Assembly (NCBI GenBank): GCA_019323525.1
Contig: JAHWHD010000066.1
Span: forward strand, 1 to 62,483
DNA: 62,483 bases
From: Candidatus Woesearchaeota archaeon
Lineage (GTDB): Archaea > Nanobdellota > Nanobdellia > Woesearchaeales > JAHWHD01
Direction of reading: 5' to 3'
In this document: one piece after another, positions 34,148-43,531 of the stretch
Layout of the letters: each line of letters begins with the position of its first letter
How positions within the stretch are numbered: position 1 is the stretch's first letter
The notes under the pieces: model-generated
Told to the model about the DNA's origin: nothing
Databases searched by the model: none
What the model saw: only the letters and a program-made list of their open reading frames with translations
Program-made: the position numbers and the translations under genes

Positions 34148-34714
34148 ATGCCGAAAAAGACACGTTTTTACAAAAACAAGACCTTTTGGGCTTGGTTTAT
34201 AGTCATTATAATGGTGGCCAGCACCCTGGGTATAGTGCTTAACTACAGGAGTGAAGACACTGTCAAAGCCAAGGATTATAAAGATTACAAGTTCTTTCCG
34301 ACAAGCAATGGTTACATGAGCATTATAAACAACAGACAGTTCTTTTTCGCACATTTTCCAGGAGACCTTGAAAACATCAGTGTTGAGTACAACCTTAACT
34401 TTGAATCAGAAAAGGTTTATTTTACCTACGACCCATCTGACGAAATAAACTTTGACTCCAGCATTAACAAGTTAGGCAGCATTATATTCAGCATGAACCT
34501 AAGACCTGTAAAGGCATGCATTAAAGAAGAAGGCTGCCCAGACATACCAGTTGTTGATTGCGAAGAGGAAACACCAAAATTCTTTTTCAAGGAATCCGAC
34601 TCCACAAGCATTAGCCAGGAAAATAATTGCGTTGTTCTGGAAGCTGAATCAAGAGACAAGATGGACCAGCTTGTTGAGATTATCTACTACAGACTATTAG
34701 GGATAATGAACTAA
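34148..34714 (+). CDS. N-terminally anchored membrane protein, function unknown
   Basis: I prefer the ATG at 34148 (MPKKTRFYKNKTFWAWFIVIIMVASTLGIVL...). The track extension from 33998 reads through element E2. The stop lies 1 nt before the aglB start. Confidence 0.55.
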   Translation: MPKKTRFYKNKTFWAWFIVIIMVASTLGIVLNYRSEDTVKAKDYKDYKFFPTSNGYMSIINNRQFFFAHFPGDLENISVEYNLNFESEKVYFTYDPSDEINFDSSINKLGSIIFSMNLRPVKACIKEEGCPDIPVVDCEEETPKFFFKESDSTSISQENNCVVLEAESRDKMDQLVEIIYYRLLGIMN

Positions 34715-34715
34715 A

Positions 34716-37481
34716 ATGGACGATACTGAACAAAAAAGGCAAAAGCTTGTAAAATCATTTAAAGGGATATTTTCAAAACAGCCTAAGCTACAAGACAGTA
34801 CCACTAAAGACGAGAAAAAGTACACAGAGGACCAGATAGATCTTGAAAAACAAAGACTTGCCCTTATCACGTTTTTCAAAAAATACCCGTCTCTAATAGC
34901 GTATGTAATTCTTGCAATTATTATTTGGTTCGGAAGTTATATCAGGCTTAGGAATCTATGGCTCCTTAAAGACGTAGTTACAGGAAAATATGTACCTCTT
35001 GCTTTAGATCCGCATTCATTCCTAAGATATGCGAAATACATAGTCGAACACGGATTTTTGATGTCGCAGGACATGATGAGGTTCGTACCTGTAGGAAGGA
35101 CAACTGCTGATAACAAGCTTTTATCTTATATCATAGTATATTTATACAAATTTCTCAGCATATTCAGCCCAAACATAACAATCGAATTCGCAGATATTGT
35201 TTATCCGGTTATCGCATTCGCAATCTCGCTAGTGTTCTTTTTCTTGCTTATTAAAAAATTGTTCAATAACAATGTAGCTGTCCTTGCATCCCTGTTCCTT
35301 GCAATTCTGCCAGCTTTCCTGTATAGAACAATGGCAGGTTTCTCTGATAAAGAAGCGCTTGCTATGATATTCATGTTCGCTGCAATGTACTTCTATATAA
35401 GTGCTTGGAAATCAAAGAGCCATACGAGTACAATTACATACGGAGTTCTTGCAGGCGTGCTTACAGGTCTGCTTGGTATGACTTGGGGCGGTGTAAAGTT
35501 CCTATTAATGATAATAGCATTGTTCGGCTTAATCGAATTCCTGCTGCAGAAATTCGAAAAAAAAGACTTTTACATGTACACAGCTTGGTTGATTCCTTCA
35601 ATACTCATGCTAGGTCTTTTAACACCAAGGTATGGAGGAATTCCTGGCCTTGTACGCTCTGTGACATCAGGAGCAGCCATTCTTATATTCGTCCTTGCGC
35701 TTATTGACTATATTCTGTTCAAAATAGATGTGCTAAGGGTAAAAGAAAAACTAGAGAAAAAGATCCCTCTTAGCATTGCAACAGTTCTGATAGGAATCGT
35801 GCTTGGCCTTGTTGTAATCGCCGGCATTATGGGCCCTCAGACACTTGCCACGCAGGTTACAGAACTAAGTAACAACCTATTAAGACCTCTTGGTACAGAT
35901 AGATGGATGCTTACAGTTGCAGAACAGCACCAACCATTCTTTACAGACTGGCAAAGCAATTTCAAAGGCTTCTTCTGGCTTTTCTTCCTAGGTTCTATCT
36001 GGCTATTCTATGAACTTCTTAAGCCGTTAAAGAAACATAAGATCGGACTGACAATTGTATACGCGCTATTCATCTCAGGTTTCATATTCAGCAGGTATTC
36101 AACTTCATCAGTTCTTAACGGAACTAGCGCCCTCTCAAAATTTTTGTACATCGGCTCTTTAGTATTTTTCGGCATAATTATGCTAATTTGGTACTTGCAA
36201 GCGTACTATAAAGATAAAGAACTTTACTCATCAATCCTTACACTTGATAAAGCAGCCATATTCACGCTTATCTGGTTCATTGTAATGGTCATTGCTGCAA
36301 GAGGCGCTATCAGGTTGCTGTTCGTATTCGCACCGATCACCGCAATCCTTGGAGCATACTTCCTTGTGCAGCTATTCAAAACATCTATCAGGTTTAAAGA
36401 TAACCTATACAAAATTGCCGGAGTGGTTATAGTGATAATAATAGCGACGGTATTCATAGTCGGATTCTCAAGAACAACTATGCAACAAGCAAAGTACACA
36501 GGCCCAAGCTACAACCAGCAATGGCAAAAAGCAGGTGCATGGATAAAAGACAACACACCTCTCGATGCAGTGTTCGGACACTGGTGGGATTATGGTTATT
36601 GGGTCCAGACAGGCGGAGAACGTGCAACAATGCTAGATGGAGGTAACTCGATCGTATACTGGAACTATCTCATGGGGCGTCATGGTTTAGGAGCTCAAGA
36701 ACAAAATGAGGCACTTGAACTATTATACGCACACAACGTCAGCCATTTCCTTATAATAAACGATGAGATTGGGAAATATACAGCATACTCGTCTATCGGC
36801 TCTGATAAAGATTATGACAGGTATTCGTGGATAACAACCTTCAGCATGGACCAGTCAAGGACACAAGAGACAAGAAACCAGACAATATACTTTTACCAGG
36901 GAAGCTATGTATTAGATGACGACTTTATATTTAACTCACAAATATTCCCTGCAAGAGAGGCAGGTATTGGCGGAATATTCCTTCCGCTTGAAGACACTTA
37001 TATTATTCAAAACAATGAAACTATAAAAACCCAGACTATAAAACAGCCTATCGCCGGCCTCATATATAAAGGCGCACAGGTCCAAGTGCCTATCGAATGC
37101 CTCTACATAAACGGCAAGTATCTTAGATTCAACGAACCAGGGCTTAAAGGGTGTTTCAGGATCCTTCCTACGCTTAACAGCCAGGGGCAGCTTGAAAATC
37201 CGTTTGGTGCCGGATTATATGTATCAGAAGAAGGCGTTAACGCCCTATGGACTCAGCTCTACCTATTTGAACAGAACAATCCAGAGTACGACACAAGCGC
37301 TTTCAAGCTGGCATACAACGACGAGCAAGGCATGCCTTTCGCAATCTACCAGGGCAGAATCATTGGCCCTATCAAGATATGGGAGATCCAATATCCAGAG
37401 GATTTCACAGTCAGTGAAGAACTGATACACGAATACACAGCAGGAAACGAGCATCTTCCTGATTACTTCTTTGATGTATAA
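34716..37481 (+). CDS. aglB: archaeal oligosaccharyltransferase (STT3 family)
   Basis: The 921-aa protein has a polytopic N-terminal half. The hallmark WWDYGYW motif is present (GHWWDYGYWVQTGG). A first-loop LDPHSF acidic motif and a DK-like INDEIGKY segment are also present. Confidence 0.9.
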   Translation: MDDTEQKRQKLVKSFKGIFSKQPKLQDSTTKDEKKYTEDQIDLEKQRLALITFFKKYPSLIAYVILAIIIWFGSYIRLRNLWLLKDVVTGKYVPLALDPHSFLRYAKYIVEHGFLMSQDMMRFVPVGRTTADNKLLSYIIVYLYKFLSIFSPNITIEFADIVYPVIAFAISLVFFFLLIKKLFNNNVAVLASLFLAILPAFLYRTMAGFSDKEALAMIFMFAAMYFYISAWKSKSHTSTITYGVLAGVLTGLLGMTWGGVKFLLMIIALFGLIEFLLQKFEKKDFYMYTAWLIPSILMLGLLTPRYGGIPGLVRSVTSGAAILIFVLALIDYILFKIDVLRVKEKLEKKIPLSIATVLIGIVLGLVVIAGIMGPQTLATQVTELSNNLLRPLGTDRWMLTVAEQHQPFFTDWQSNFKGFFWLFFLGSIWLFYELLKPLKKHKIGLTIVYALFISGFIFSRYSTSSVLNGTSALSKFLYIGSLVFFGIIMLIWYLQAYYKDKELYSSILTLDKAAIFTLIWFIVMVIAARGAIRLLFVFAPITAILGAYFLVQLFKTSIRFKDNLYKIAGVVIVIIIATVFIVGFSRTTMQQAKYTGPSYNQQWQKAGAWIKDNTPLDAVFGHWWDYGYWVQTGGERATMLDGGNSIVYWNYLMGRHGLGAQEQNEALELLYAHNVSHFLIINDEIGKYTAYSSIGSDKDYDRYSWITTFSMDQSRTQETRNQTIYFYQGSYVLDDDFIFNSQIFPAREAGIGGIFLPLEDTYIIQNNETIKTQTIKQPIAGLIYKGAQVQVPIECLYINGKYLRFNEPGLKGCFRILPTLNSQGQLENPFGAGLYVSEEGVNALWTQLYLFEQNNPEYDTSAFKLAYNDEQGMPFAIYQGRIIGPIKIWEIQYPEDFTVSEELIHEYTAGNEHLPDYFFDV

Positions 37482-37516
37482 AAGCCAGATAACAAAATCA
37501 ATAGGAATTAACTTTT

Positions 37517-38215
37517 TTATTTTTTTTCACAGATAAGGATATCATCAAAACACCAAGAAGGTATAGCGAATAATCCTAGAATCTTATACAGCCAGCCAAA
37601 ATAAGCAGGCCAGAGTTGGGTTAACTGGAAAAGAACAGGTATTGTAACTCCGACCCCTTTAACCTTCTTAATTTTAAAGTGCGTTTTCAACATCTTAATA
37701 TACTCTGCCAAAGGTCTGTCGCCAGGATGATAACTCGGCTTTGCTGTCCTGATTAATCTGCCTGTAAAAAAGAACATAAACCTTGATGAAAGATGGGCCA
37801 GATTAGGTAAAGCAATTATCAGTGTCCCACCAGTTTTCAAAATGCGGTGTAATTCCTTGATTAGTTTTTCTTGATCCTCTAACACCAAATGCTCGATCAC
37901 ATCTAGATTAAGAACAAGATCAAAATGATTGGCCTGAAAACCAGTATTCAGAATATTTCCTTTCTTCACATGTTTTCCTTGGTATTGAATGTCCATTCCT
38001 GAGATATCAAAACCCTTGTCACTATATTTATTGACTAAGAGGCCCTGGCCGCAACCAGCATCGAATATCTTAGCAGTCTTAGATATTTTAGAGAGAAGTT
38101 TATCTATGTACTTCATCTTAGCAACAAATGTATGCCTGTAACTCCATTTTTCAAATGTCCAGTTTGGGTCTATCTTTTTAAGATGCTCGCCTGTAATCCT
38201 ATATTCAGGTTTCAT
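37517..38215 (-). CDS. class I SAM-dependent methyltransferase
   Basis: Motif I IFDAGCGQGLL and post-I DLVLNLDVIEH are present. Length is 232 aa. Confidence 0.75.
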   Translation of the reverse strand: MKPEYRITGEHLKKIDPNWTFEKWSYRHTFVAKMKYIDKLLSKISKTAKIFDAGCGQGLLVNKYSDKGFDISGMDIQYQGKHVKKGNILNTGFQANHFDLVLNLDVIEHLVLEDQEKLIKELHRILKTGGTLIIALPNLAHLSSRFMFFFTGRLIRTAKPSYHPGDRPLAEYIKMLKTHFKIKKVKGVGVTIPVLFQLTQLWPAYFGWLYKILGLFAIPSWCFDDILICEKK

Positions 38216-38329
38216 AGTTTGGCTTTAATTAGAGGTTCATTATAAATCTTTCTAACAGAGAAAAAATATCGGCCATTCAGAATTAGATTAAGCAAGAACT
38301 AAGAGTTTAAAGCAAAGCGAAGATTAAAC

Positions 38330-38908
38330 TTACCTGGTTTTCCTCGCAATCACGAACATATTTTTTGCCAAAGGAAAAACCCTGCCGATAAGACTAACTT
38401 TAATTACACTAAAACCATTCTCATTCAGCTGATTTACTAAAGTCTTTTTAGTATAAAAACGAACATGCTCGTGCTCAGGATGGTAATGTTTATTAAAGTT
38501 AAAAACTGCTATAGACAAATTCTTGATAATCCCATGATAAGGAGTTGAAAGGAACAAAGTACCTCCGGACTTTAAAACCCTGTTTAGCTCGCGTAAGAAG
38601 AATTTGGTGTTTACTAGGTGCTCTATTATGTCGCCTGCCCAAACATAATCAAAAGAACTATCTGCAAAAGGTAGTTTTCGGGTAAGGTCATGTTCAACGA
38701 ATTTAATCTTTGGAAAACGATTCTTTGCTTCAATTAAAATCTTTTTATCCACATCTATCCCAACTACATCAAACCCCAATTCGTGAACTTTTTGGCATGT
38801 ATCTCCTCTATTGCAACCTACATCCAAAAACCGGCCTTCTTTATACATTGATAGAGATTTTAACAATAATTTTTCTCTTGCCTCATATACTGGATCCCTT
38901 CCAATCAT
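38330..38908 (-). CDS. class I SAM-dependent methyltransferase
   Basis: Motif I FLDVGCNRGDT, plus FDYVWAGDIIEH and LKSGGTLFLSTP, are present. Length is 192 aa. Confidence 0.75.
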   Translation of the reverse strand: MIGRDPVYEAREKLLLKSLSMYKEGRFLDVGCNRGDTCQKVHELGFDVVGIDVDKKILIEAKNRFPKIKFVEHDLTRKLPFADSSFDYVWAGDIIEHLVNTKFFLRELNRVLKSGGTLFLSTPYHGIIKNLSIAVFNFNKHYHPEHEHVRFYTKKTLVNQLNENGFSVIKVSLIGRVFPLAKNMFVIARKTR

Positions 38909-38912
38909 ACAA

Positions 38913-40148
38913 TCACCTTTTATACCTCAATTTTTTGATAGCATAGACGTTGAGCAGAATCTTAAACAATAGCACGATGGTTATTGCAATAGGCGCTCCG
39001 ACTATACCCAAAACCCTGACTAAAAGAATGCTCAACAAAATACTGACAACCAAAGATAATCCAACATCAATAATTATTATGGTTAAGTAAAACCTTGAGA
39101 AGACGTTCTCTCCTGCAAATATTGAATTCAAGTATGAATAAACGATTAGTAAAGACGAAGCAACCACAAGTGCAATAGGCAAAAATGTGGATTTATATTC
39201 TGCTCCATAAAGTATTGGCACTAAAACATACGCTGCTACCAAGACAGCTAAAGCAAAAGGTGCTAAGAAAAACAACAATTTCTTTAAAGAGGCTCTCAGC
39301 TTATATCTTGTTTGAACAGCTAACGGAATCATAACAACAGGAAAAACATACGCTGTCAATCTGATAACATTTGTTATAGACGAATAAGCAGAGTATAGAC
39401 CTAGACTTGCAAAATCAGTCACATACTTGATAACCAAGCTATCTACAAAACGCAAGGTATAGAAACTTATCTGTACAAGGAGCAAAGACAGCGCCATGTA
39501 AAAGAACGGCTTTCTAGGGAGCTTCAGGGAGACTTTAGGCCAGATCTTAACTAGACGAGGTATTGCGACGATAACGGGTATTACAAGGATTACAGACATG
39601 AAATAAAGGAAATATATGAACTCTACTTTGTAGAGGAACATCACGAGAATGCCCAATATCAGCAGCACCCGATATATTAATGAAAGTGAAGAACCAAAGA
39701 CAAAACTCTTGAAACCGCGAAATATGGAATAGACAAGAAAAAAGAAACTATAGATTAATATATACAGCACAACAGCCAAGTTAATTCCTGGAACATCAGG
39801 GTTCAATGAGGTAAAGTTCGTAAGAATGTATACAACAAGTATAGATATTATTGTAGCAGGGAGCATTATCCAGAACGAGTGTTTTAATCCCTGGTTTAAC
39901 TTAGATGTATCCTCAGCCAGAACCTTAGTAAGTGCATCTGCTGCACCAAACGAAGAGAATATGAACACAAAACTTACTAGATTATAAAAATAAGTAAATA
40001 CACCTAGCTGTTCCTGACCGTACAGCCTAGCTATCAGTACCCTTAGAACAAGTATTGCAATCGATATGAACGCATAGACAAAGAACGTAGGCAATAAGTG
40101 TTTTGAAGTTGCTCCAAGTTTAGATTTAAAATAATCAATGATTTTCAT
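38913..40148 (-). CDS. oligosaccharide/polysaccharide flippase (MOP superfamily, Wzx-like)
   Basis: The 411-aa protein has about 12 predicted TM segments. The N-terminus and overall pattern are typical of the polysaccharide biosynthesis protein family. It sits inside the glycosylation operon. Confidence 0.6.
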   Translation of the reverse strand: MKIIDYFKSKLGATSKHLLPTFFVYAFISIAILVLRVLIARLYGQEQLGVFTYFYNLVSFVFIFSSFGAADALTKVLAEDTSKLNQGLKHSFWIMLPATIISILVVYILTNFTSLNPDVPGINLAVVLYILIYSFFFLVYSIFRGFKSFVFGSSLSLIYRVLLILGILVMFLYKVEFIYFLYFMSVILVIPVIVAIPRLVKIWPKVSLKLPRKPFFYMALSLLLVQISFYTLRFVDSLVIKYVTDFASLGLYSAYSSITNVIRLTAYVFPVVMIPLAVQTRYKLRASLKKLLFFLAPFALAVLVAAYVLVPILYGAEYKSTFLPIALVVASSLLIVYSYLNSIFAGENVFSRFYLTIIIIDVGLSLVVSILLSILLVRVLGIVGAPIAITIVLLFKILLNVYAIKKLRYKR

Positions 40149-40188
40149 GTTCTACAATTTATGAAGAAGAATTTAAATAGGTTTCGTC

Positions 40189-41121
40189 TTAATAGACCTT
40201 TTCAACTTCATACTGCTTGTTCTTCATATTGCTAAAATAATGCTTAGTCTGTATCTCACTCACAAAACCAAGTGAAAAGAACTGTATTCCTAATATAATA
40301 AACAAAACAGCTGCAAGAAGCAAAGGCCCAACGTTTAAAGGATTTCCTAGAATAAGCAAAGAAACAAACACTTTATACAGAGCTATCAATATACCGATAG
40401 CTAAGGATAGTATGGCCAAAATCCCAAAAAAATGGAATGGCCTTATCGAGAACTTATGCCATAACAATGCACTAAGCATGTCAAAAAAACCTTTTCTAAC
40501 CCTGTTCATGCTGTACTTTGTCTTTCCATACCTGCGCGGATAATGCCTTACCTTAATCTCTTTTATCCTATAACCTTCCCACCTCAGAAGCGTAGGTATA
40601 AACCTGTGCATCTCTCCATAAAGATTTAGATTATCAAAACACGAACGCCTATAGAGTTTAAGTGTACACCCAAGGTCGTGCAGCTTTTCTCCAGTCAATA
40701 ACTTACGAATATTCCTCGCAACTATAGAAGTCATCCTTTTTGAAAAAGAATCCCTCCTGTTATACCTCCATCCTGAGATTACATCATAGCCGCAATTCTC
40801 AGCTAATCTTAACATTCTTGGAATATCTTCAGGCGAATTCTGAAGATCTCCATCCATTGTAATCACATACTTTCCTTTTGCATGCCTTATACCTGCATCG
40901 AGAGCAGGCGTCTGTCCATAGTTCCTTTTAAACTTGACCAGCTTGATAAAAGAAAATCTCCTTTTCATGGCAAGAATAGCTTTAACAGAACTATCGCTGC
41001 TACCGTCATCCACAAACACAACCTCATAATCCTCTTTCCCCAGATACTCCACTATAGCTTCAACTAAAGGTTTGATGTTCCTTTCTTCATTATAGATAGG
41101 AATAACTATCGAAAAAAGCAT
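40189..41121 (-). CDS. GT2 polyprenol-phosphate glycosyltransferase (DPM1/GtrB/ArnC-like, two C-terminal TM)
   Basis: MLFSIVIPIYNEERNI, VFVDDGSSDSS and the DGDLQN DxD motif are present. A C-terminal TM pair is also present. Length is 310 aa. Confidence 0.8.
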   Translation of the reverse strand: MLFSIVIPIYNEERNIKPLVEAIVEYLGKEDYEVVFVDDGSSDSSVKAILAMKRRFSFIKLVKFKRNYGQTPALDAGIRHAKGKYVITMDGDLQNSPEDIPRMLRLAENCGYDVISGWRYNRRDSFSKRMTSIVARNIRKLLTGEKLHDLGCTLKLYRRSCFDNLNLYGEMHRFIPTLLRWEGYRIKEIKVRHYPRRYGKTKYSMNRVRKGFFDMLSALLWHKFSIRPFHFFGILAILSLAIGILIALYKVFVSLLILGNPLNVGPLLLAAVLFIILGIQFFSLGFVSEIQTKHYFSNMKNKQYEVEKVY

Positions 41122-41155
41122 ATTTAAATCCCCCTTTTTTGAGAAGCTATCAAGC

Positions 41156-41177
41156 CTTTTTATAGATTTCTATAGTC
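41156..41177. repeat. 22-nt exact direct repeat, copy 1 (CTTTTTATAGATTTCTATAGTC)
   Basis: It is identical to 41960-41981. It lies just beyond the stop of the 253-aa methyltransferase gene. On the minus strand it reads TIEIYKK in frame after that stop. Confidence 0.85.
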
Positions 41178-41938
41178 TAGGCTTTTCGTCCAATTAATGT
41201 CCAAGAATTGTTATTGACCCTATAAATCTGAACATCCCTAAGCCCTTTATTTTTAAATAGACCCAGAGCTTGCTCCATCTTCCAATAATTAGCTATCCTT
41301 GGAATCAACTGGTCAAAGACTATTGAACGAACATGCCAAAACCTAAATTTAGATAATTGCTTAAGATACGGATGTTTCTGAGGCAAAAGTTTAAGATATA
41401 AACAGAAAGGCAATGCAAGTAAAAAACTGATAAAAGAAGTAAGCCTAAGCGGCAGTTTGCTAGTGAGTTGCCTTATCGGATTTATGTATTGAACTATCCA
41501 TTCATTGTTCTCATATCCATAGACCCAGATAAGAACAGTCCCGCCTTTCTTAACAGCTTTAACAAGATTTTTTATAGCTAGATGAGGGTTTTCTAAATGA
41601 TGAATCACACCTATAGAGAATGCAATGTCAAAATGATCTTCATAGTCAATATCGTAAATCGACTGAAACCTAACCTCTGCGTTCTTGAAAGTAGCGAGAT
41701 TTCTTTTTGCAACAGCAACAGTCCTTCTATCAAAATCAAAACCCAAAACATGCTTAGCACCATATTTTAAAGGCCAAAAGCTATTTCTGCCAATGCCACA
41801 ACCTGCATCAAGAACAGACGTTCCAGAAAAATCAGACTGCTTTAAAGGATAAACCCATTTAAGAAACTGACCTTCATATTCAGGGATTATTTTTGAGTAC
41901 TTATTCCACTCATAACCAAATCTCTCAGTTGAAGCCAT
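41177..41938 (-). CDS. class I SAM-dependent methyltransferase
   Basis: Motif I VLDAGCGIGRNS, plus FDIAFSIGVIHH and KKGGTVLIWVY, are present. Length is 253 aa. Confidence 0.75.
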   Translation of the reverse strand: MASTERFGYEWNKYSKIIPEYEGQFLKWVYPLKQSDFSGTSVLDAGCGIGRNSFWPLKYGAKHVLGFDFDRRTVAVAKRNLATFKNAEVRFQSIYDIDYEDHFDIAFSIGVIHHLENPHLAIKNLVKAVKKGGTVLIWVYGYENNEWIVQYINPIRQLTSKLPLRLTSFISFLLALPFCLYLKLLPQKHPYLKQLSKFRFWHVRSIVFDQLIPRIANYWKMEQALGLFKNKGLRDVQIYRVNNNSWTLIGRKA

Positions 41939-41953
41939 AAAACCACATCAAAG

Positions 41954-43531
41954 CTAAGACTTTTTATAGATTTCTATAGTCGGAGATACAGGATATCCTT
42001 CAAAAGTTCTGCTAAGTGAGGTATAGAAGTCCTGGTTAAAGAAGTTAGACCTAAAAGTCTTTATAAGTGTATAGCCCATATCGCCTTTTCTAAAATCTTG
42101 ATACTCTTTTGTATAAATCTTCCAATCATCATGCTCTGAAGTAAAAATAATAAATTCTGGCTCATTCTCATTTAGCCAATCGGTATCTAACTTAATCCAA
42201 GGGATTATCTCATAAAACTCAGAAGATATCTTTGGAGAATAAAATTCAGGGTCGTTCCCAATTCTAGCTCCCTCGGGAATATTCTTATAGATCCAATCAG
42301 CTGCGACATCCCTAGTATCATTTGTATAACGGGCAGTTGTGCTTATTGCAAAGATTAGAGTATAAACAATAACAATTGCCAACAAGATATTCCATAACTT
42401 ACTCTTCTTCTCAGCAAAAAACCTCGCGCCCAAAATTAAAAATACAGGAATGATTGGTAACATCAACCTGATATAAGGTTTTGCCCATCCTCCAACATAA
42501 AGAAAATATGCTAAAAAAAATGCTAATAACAAAATGTCATACTTTGACCTTTTCTTGAAAGCGTAAAAAAAACCAGGGAGAACAGCCAGATAAAGCAGTA
42601 TGCCCATGCTGAAAGGAAACGTCGCCAATATCTTAAAAATATAAGGTGAATTAAACGGAACATTACCAGACACTGCTGTATAACCAGAAGTATACTGCGT
42701 CATGTAAGCATAGAACTGTGCAAAATTTGCAAAAAAACTAAGATTTGTAATGAAATAAATCACCAACACGACCCCAATCGCAATAAAGATATTCATGTCA
42801 AAGACCGACTTTAAAAAGAACTTAAGCCTTTTCTCATGCCCCTTGCTTTTATAGAAATGGTGAAGCACATGTGCAAGTATCAAAACAAGTAAAGCAATCC
42901 AGCCAGTATGCTTCATCCCCATAGCGAATACAGCGCTTAAACCAGCAAGTATGTACCACTTAAAGTTAGCATTATCAATAATGTATAATGAAAAGAGTAA
43001 AGTAAGAGCAATACCTGCAAGAACAGGGATATCATTGTACATGTAATGACTGTGCCAAATATGTATCGGTGTGATTGCTAAAAGAAAAGCTGCAATATAA
43101 CCTGCTTTCTTGCTATGCACTTTTTTTCCGATAAAAAAAACCGCGACAACAGTAATGAGACTCATCATAATCCCAAACATTCTACCTGCAGCATACATGC
43201 TTTGAAGCGATGCAGCTCCGGTTGGCACATTTGACCCGAACAAACCTCTTAGGATTGAAGCGTATAACTGCGGATGATCAAAAAAATTCCCGAACTTTAT
43301 TCCCTCAAAGACAATCCTGACAAAACCTACCTCATCTGGATGGTAAACCAAACCATGCCCCCATTGCATTGCACCCCAGAACCGAAATGCAAAAGCAATT
43401 ATAAGAATTGCAAAGAGAATCAACCACATTTGGTGCTTAAGAACAAAATCAATAGCTCCATACTGCAAATTATTATCAGAATTTTCGATGTTCTCTTTAT
43501 TATCAGCATTTATTGGATTAGATTCCATCAA
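41954..43531 (-). CDS. GT-C fold membrane glycosyltransferase (ArnT/PMT, GT39/GT83-like)
   Basis: The 525-aa polytopic protein has an early-loop YHPDE motif (GLVYHPDEVGF), as in ArnT/PMT-type enzymes. A soluble C-terminal domain is present. Confidence 0.65.
   Translation of the reverse strand: MMESNPINADNKENIENSDNNLQYGAIDFVLKHQMWLILFAILIIAFAFRFWGAMQWGHGLVYHPDEVGFVRIVFEGIKFGNFFDHPQLYASILRGLFGSNVPTGAASLQSMYAAGRMFGIMMSLITVVAVFFIGKKVHSKKAGYIAAFLLAITPIHIWHSHYMYNDIPVLAGIALTLLFSLYIIDNANFKWYILAGLSAVFAMGMKHTGWIALLVLILAHVLHHFYKSKGHEKRLKFFLKSVFDMNIFIAIGVVLVIYFITNLSFFANFAQFYAYMTQYTSGYTAVSGNVPFNSPYIFKILATFPFSMGILLYLAVLPGFFYAFKKRSKYDILLLAFFLAYFLYVGGWAKPYIRLMLPIIPVFLILGARFFAEKKSKLWNILLAIVIVYTLIFAISTTARYTNDTRDVAADWIYKNIPEGARIGNDPEFYSPKISSEFYEIIPWIKLDTDWLNENEPEFIIFTSEHDDWKIYTKEYQDFRKGDMGYTLIKTFRSNFFNQDFYTSLSRTFEGYPVSPTIEIYKKS
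41960..41981. repeat. 22-nt exact direct repeat, copy 2
   Basis: It encodes the C-terminus (PTIEIYKKS) of the 525-aa GT-C gene. Confidence 0.85.
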
